Assembly (NCBI GenBank): GCA_963664195.1
Contig: OY760907.1
Span: 416,001-480,000 of the forward strand
DNA length: 64,000 bases
Direction of reading: 5' to 3'
Source of the DNA: an uncultured candidate division Zixibacteria bacterium
Lineage (GTDB): Bacteria > Zixibacteria > MSB-5A5 > GN15 > FEB-12
Part shown: piece after piece, positions 60,303 through 64,000 of the stretch
Numbering within the stretch: position 1 is the stretch's first letter
How the letters are laid out: every line of letters starts with the position of its first letter
Made by a program: the position numbers and the translations under genes
Notes under the pieces: model-generated
What the model was told of the DNA's origin: nothing
Seen by the model: the letters and a program-made list of their open reading frames with translations, nothing else
Databases searched by the model: none

Positions 60303-60590
60303 TCAGTGTCTTCGCAATCCGGCAATCCGTATCACCAATTCGGTCAACTGCCCCACGATCACGCCAAGCATCGCCATAACAGCGATTACCAACAGCGCAT
60401 ATGCGAGTCGGTGGTCGTTGTAAAGAGTAACCAGAAAATGGCTTAGCCCGGTGTGTCCCTCGGTGGAGATCCTGTCGGTCGTTTCGCCGATGTCTCCGTG
60501 CCCCCCTCCGGCCAGCGCCGGCGCGATTACCAGAGCCGCGATGGCAGACAGCAAAACAAGTACAGCCGACAAGCGAACGCGCTTTGACAT
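60303..60590 (-). CDS. Small signal-peptide/TM protein (DVU0150-like TauE partner)
   Basis: Signal peptide ending PALA-GGG, TLYNDHRLAYAL and one TM; directly upstream of the TauE gene. Confidence 0.55.
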   Translation of the reverse strand: MSKRVRLSAVLVLLSAIAALVIAPALAGGGHGDIGETTDRISTEGHTGLSHFLVTLYNDHRLAYALLVIAVMAMLGVIVGQLTELVIRIAGLRRH

Positions 60591-60704
60591 ACTCCTACCC
60601 TCTGGATAGGCCACAATACAACAGGTTACCTGCGGACGCGCGTCCGCAGGAAAGCTGTGTATTCAATTCATATCAATCGATGCCCGAGACATCCCGAAAT
60701 CAAT

Positions 60705-61886
60705 CTAAACTTCAGATCTAGGTACTCGACCGATGCGTCTGGCGTGAACCAAAGCGAGTGTGCGATAAATCATGTGGGCGAACTTCGAGTAAGGCATATA
60801 CCACAACAGGAACCAGACACAGACCAAATGCAGGTAGTAATTCGCATAGGCCAGCATCGGCATACCGGTCAAGCGGGTCAGCCATGAAGTCATTCCGGTA
60901 AGACCGGTCAGGAAAATCACATAGAGGAAGAGATAGTCGGTGTATCCGTTGGCACCAACCGCGTCACGATTGGTCCAGCGGCGGTAAATCAGCAAAACGC
61001 CACCAACGACCAGAGCGATTCCGCTGAAGGCGCCGAGGAATTTGACCGGATGCGGCAAATTGATCGGCACCGAAAAGAACGAGTTCAACGATTCCAACCC
61101 CAGCAAATGCAGATAGTGTGGGATAAAAACGAAGACGAAAATGCATCCGGTGGTGATCATCGCACCTATGAAACCAAACAGCAGAATCATGTGACCGACA
61201 GACCTGGGTGAGTTGGCCCCGCATTCTCTGAAACGGTTGTGCGACAAAATCTCCATAACTACCGGAATCAGTGCACCAAAAAAAGATGTCTGATACGTTT
61301 GCCCCGGTTGCCGCAGCATTTTCCAGAATCGCATGAATCCGATCGCCGCAAACATGAATATGAAGATATTGCCGGCCACGAACAGTGCGTCCACCGTGCT
61401 GTGCGGCAGGAACAGATTGAAATCAACCGGGTCGGCGTTCAGGAACAGGTAGCTACCGTCCGAAGCGGTCGGGGCAAAAAACATAATGCAAGCGAGCAAA
61501 ATGAGAGCCGGGACAGCGATTAGGGCCGGAAGCGCTTTTGGAGAGGCGAGAGCACTGCCCATGAATGACGGGAATGCGAAGCTCTTATATACCCAGGAGC
61601 GAATAGCCGCGAGAACATCACCAGGCCTCGCGCCGCGTGGACAGTAAGTGCTGCAGTCGTTGCACTGGTAGCAGAGCCAGACGTCCGGATCGGCCATCAG
61701 CTTCTCCTTGTCACCCCAGCCCGCCCAGAGCATCTCCTTCCTGGGGAACGGCTTATCTGCAGGAGAAAGGTTGCAGACCATTGAACACGTCGCACACTGA
61801 TAGCACTTCTTAAGTGTATCTCCCCCAGCCTTCTTGACATCCCGGATGAATTCCAGATCAGGTTCAATCAATCGCCCCTTAGCCAT
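60705..61886 (-). CDS. qmoC: Qmo subunit C (HdrC-like Fe-S domain + b-type cytochrome membrane domain)
   Basis: KKCYQCATCSMVC, PFPRKEM, WLCYQCNDCSTYCPRGA, TM His residues, PYSKFAHMIYR; GAGGAG RBS. Confidence 0.93.
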   Translation of the reverse strand: MAKGRLIEPDLEFIRDVKKAGGDTLKKCYQCATCSMVCNLSPADKPFPRKEMLWAGWGDKEKLMADPDVWLCYQCNDCSTYCPRGARPGDVLAAIRSWVYKSFAFPSFMGSALASPKALPALIAVPALILLACIMFFAPTASDGSYLFLNADPVDFNLFLPHSTVDALFVAGNIFIFMFAAIGFMRFWKMLRQPGQTYQTSFFGALIPVVMEILSHNRFRECGANSPRSVGHMILLFGFIGAMITTGCIFVFVFIPHYLHLLGLESLNSFFSVPINLPHPVKFLGAFSGIALVVGGVLLIYRRWTNRDAVGANGYTDYLFLYVIFLTGLTGMTSWLTRLTGMPMLAYANYYLHLVCVWFLLWYMPYSKFAHMIYRTLALVHARRIGRVPRSEV

Positions 61887-61988
61887 GGGCATTCTCCTCA
61901 TTTTCATTCGTAGAAACTTGACCGACTTATGTGGTACGGCCTCGACCGCCTCGAAAATACTTTTGGGGCGCAATTCTGTCAAGCCGAA

Positions 61989-62006
61989 TAGTTACTTTTT
62001 TCACAA
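61989..62006 (-). promoter_or_regulatory. Rex-like operator upstream of qmoC
   Basis: Minus strand TTGTGAA-AAAA-GTAACTA. Confidence 0.6.
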
Positions 62007-62395
62007 TCTCGATACGCCCGGCATCAATACTGTTCGATTTGACCCATAGGACAAACTAACCATGGATAGGGCAAAAAAACAATCAAAACTATCGCCTTTG
62101 CTGACCTACTGACAATACTTGTCTGTGGGAACATCCCCATACCTTGAGAGTACAAAGTAATATATATTCTTCAATAAGGAGTAACAGGACAAGGACAGTC
62201 CGCAAAAGGTCACAATTCGGTATTGATTTGCCGCTCGATTTTTCGACTGTCAGGTGCTCGAATCGGTCGCTTGTGGGTTGAGAATCGGCAACCTGAGCCG
62301 GCAATAATCCGTGGCGATAAACTATTTTGATACAAAGAGATATACTGACCGCACCGATCTCCGGATTATTAATGGGTAGAGCGGCTATTTTCCAC

Positions 62396-62579
62396 TTGAC
62401 AGGGTATCTGATAGGGGTTACTTTTTGCCCACAATGGCTACTGGGAAAGACACGGCAAATAGCGGTATTATCAGAAATAACTTTGTGAAAAAAGGTACAT
62501 GGCCGATGTCAGCTTGTAGGATGGCGAGCGCCTGAGTGCAGCTCCTTTTTTTTGCCATCACTTGTGAAAAAAATTACAA
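62396..62579 (+). promoter_or_regulatory. sat promoter with two Rex-like operators
   Basis: TTGACA(62396)-17-TACTTT; TTGTGAA-AAAA-GGTACAT at 62483-62500; TTGTGAA-AAAA-ATTACAA at 62562-62579. Confidence 0.65.
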
Positions 62580-62650
62580 CCACGAGTCGAATTGCGAAAT
62601 AACTCAAGTACGATATTCACTCAAACTTATCAGATGAAAGGCCACAGAAC

Positions 62651-63880
62651 ATGGCTGAATCAAAACTGATATCTCCCCACGGCTCAGCCGAGCTGAAAAT
62701 CTTGCTTCTTGAAGGCAAGGCGCGGGAAGATGAATTGAAGAAAGCTGAGACTCTTCCGAAAGTGGTAATGACCACTCGTGAAACCGGCGACCTGATTATG
62801 CTTGGTATCGGCGGCTTCACACCTCTGGAAGGTTTCATGGGCGAAGCCGACTGGAAGGGCGTCTGTGAAAAGATGACCATGGCCAACGGCGTTTTCTGGC
62901 CGATCCCGGTCACGCTGTCTCACGACGCGAAGGTTGACGCAGGAACCGAGATTTGTCTCGTCTCCGGCGAAACCGACGAGATCATGGGCACTATGAAAGT
63001 GACCGAGTGCTACAAAATCGACAAAGAGTTCGAATGCAAGCACGTTTTCACGACGACCGAAGCGGATCACCCGGGCGTCAAGATGGTCATGGCTCAGAAG
63101 GAATTCAACCTGGCCGGTCCGGTCAAGGTCCTCTCTGAGAGCTACTTCCCGAAAGAATTCGGCGATATTTACATGCGCCCGGCCGAGAGCCGCAAAGAAT
63201 TCGCGGAAAAGGGTTGGAAGACCGTCGCTGCCCTGCAGCTTCGTAACCCGATGCACCGTTCCCACGAGTATCTGGCCAAGATCGCGACCGAAGTCAGCGA
63301 TGGCCTGTTCATTCATCAGTTGGTTGGCGGCCTGAAACCGGGCGATATCCCGGCCGACGTCCGTGTCAACTGCATCAACACCCTGGTCGATGGTTACTTC
63401 GACAAGGGTCGTGTCGTCACCGGTGGCTACCCGCTTGATATGCGCTATGCCGGTCCGCGTGAAGGCCTCCTGCACGCCGTGTTCCGTCAGAACTTCGGCT
63501 GCACCCACATGATCATCGGTCGTGACCACGCTGGCGTAGGCGATTACTACGGTCCGTTCGATGCTCAGGAAATCTTCTACAAGCTTCCGGAAGGCGCCCT
63601 GGAGTGCAAGATGTTGCCGATCGATTGGACGTTCTGGTGCTACAAGTGCGGTGGTATGGCTTCGATGAAGACCTGCCCGCATGCCAAGGAAGATCGTTTG
63701 TTCCTTTCCGGCACGGCGCTTCGCAAGGCTCTCTCTGAGGGTGGCGACGTTCCGGCCGAATTCAGCCGTCCGGAAGTCCTGAAGATCTTGCGTGAGTACT
63801 ACGCGAGCATCAAGGACGAGGACAAGGTTGAAGTGAAGATGCACGGTCACGCGACCGGCGACGCAGATACGAAGAAATAA
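62651..63880 (+). CDS. sat: Sulfate adenylyltransferase (dissimilatory)
   Basis: [38 protein letters not shown], zinc-site CYKC...CPH. Confidence 0.97.
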   Translation: MAESKLISPHGSAELKILLLEGKAREDELKKAETLPKVVMTTRETGDLIMLGIGGFTPLEGFMGEADWKGVCEKMTMANGVFWPIPVTLSHDAKVDAGTEICLVSGETDEIMGTMKVTECYKIDKEFECKHVFTTTEADHPGVKMVMAQKEFNLAGPVKVLSESYFPKEFGDIYMRPAESRKEFAEKGWKTVAALQLRNPMHRSHEYLAKIATEVSDGLFIHQLVGGLKPGDIPADVRVNCINTLVDGYFDKGRVVTGGYPLDMRYAGPREGLLHAVFRQNFGCTHMIIGRDHAGVGDYYGPFDAQEIFYKLPEGALECKMLPIDWTFWCYKCGGMASMKTCPHAKEDRLFLSGTALRKALSEGGDVPAEFSRPEVLKILREYYASIKDEDKVEVKMHGHATGDADTKK

Positions 63881-63940
63881 GTTAGAAGCAATAAACTTTG
63901 AAGTAGAGCATATGTTCAATCAACGAATCAGGAGGAATGA

Positions 63941-64000
63941 ATGCCAAGCTTCGTGATTACAGAAAAGTGCGATGGGTGTAAGGCACTGGATAAGACTGCT
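63941..64000 (+). CDS. aprB: Adenylylsulfate reductase beta subunit (3' partial; not in the ORF track)
   Basis: GGAGG RBS then MPSFVITEKCDGCKALDKTA, the typical AprB N-terminus, downstream of sat. Confidence 0.88.
   Translation, partial: MPSFVITEKCDGCKALDKTA

Noticed and set aside
62684..63919. 411-aa antisense ORF over sat, and similar long antisense ORFs over qmo, dsr, hemB and the CAAX gene
   Set aside because: Shadow frames produced by codon bias of the sense genes; no recognisable motifs.

Overview
This is a gene-dense bacterial chromosomal window with no rRNA, tRNA, CRISPR array or transposase that I can support. A Cys-flanked C-terminal dockerin-like domain and an lpxC-fabZ fusion suggest a Zixibacteria/FCB-type organism (inference). 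The left half (1-29.2 kb) is housekeeping and envelope DNA: the end of a pilin-like locus, a lipid A cluster (lpxC-fabZ, lpxA, gnnA-like, lpxB, waaA, lpxK) running into nadB and guaA, a secreted M14 carboxypeptidase with dockerin- and cohesin-like modules, and small regulators. The right half (30.2 kb to the end) is one dissimilatory sulfur metabolism supercluster: qmoAB; dsrABD-dsrN-dsrL-dsrC; dsrTMKJOP; a CoA-disulfide reductase-rhodanese fusion; a full glutamyl-tRNA-to-siroheme pathway; a reverse-strand qmoC/TauE/YeiH transporter unit; sat; and the start of aprB. Main points of interest: Rex-like operators in front of the five qmo/dsr/sat units, qmoC split from qmoAB by about 27 kb, co-occurrence of dsrD and a YRR-type dsrL, several families of REP-like palindromes, a single-base frameshift at the start of lpxC, and an apparent non-canonical start for the polyprenyl synthase. 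All product calls come from motif recognition; no database search was run.
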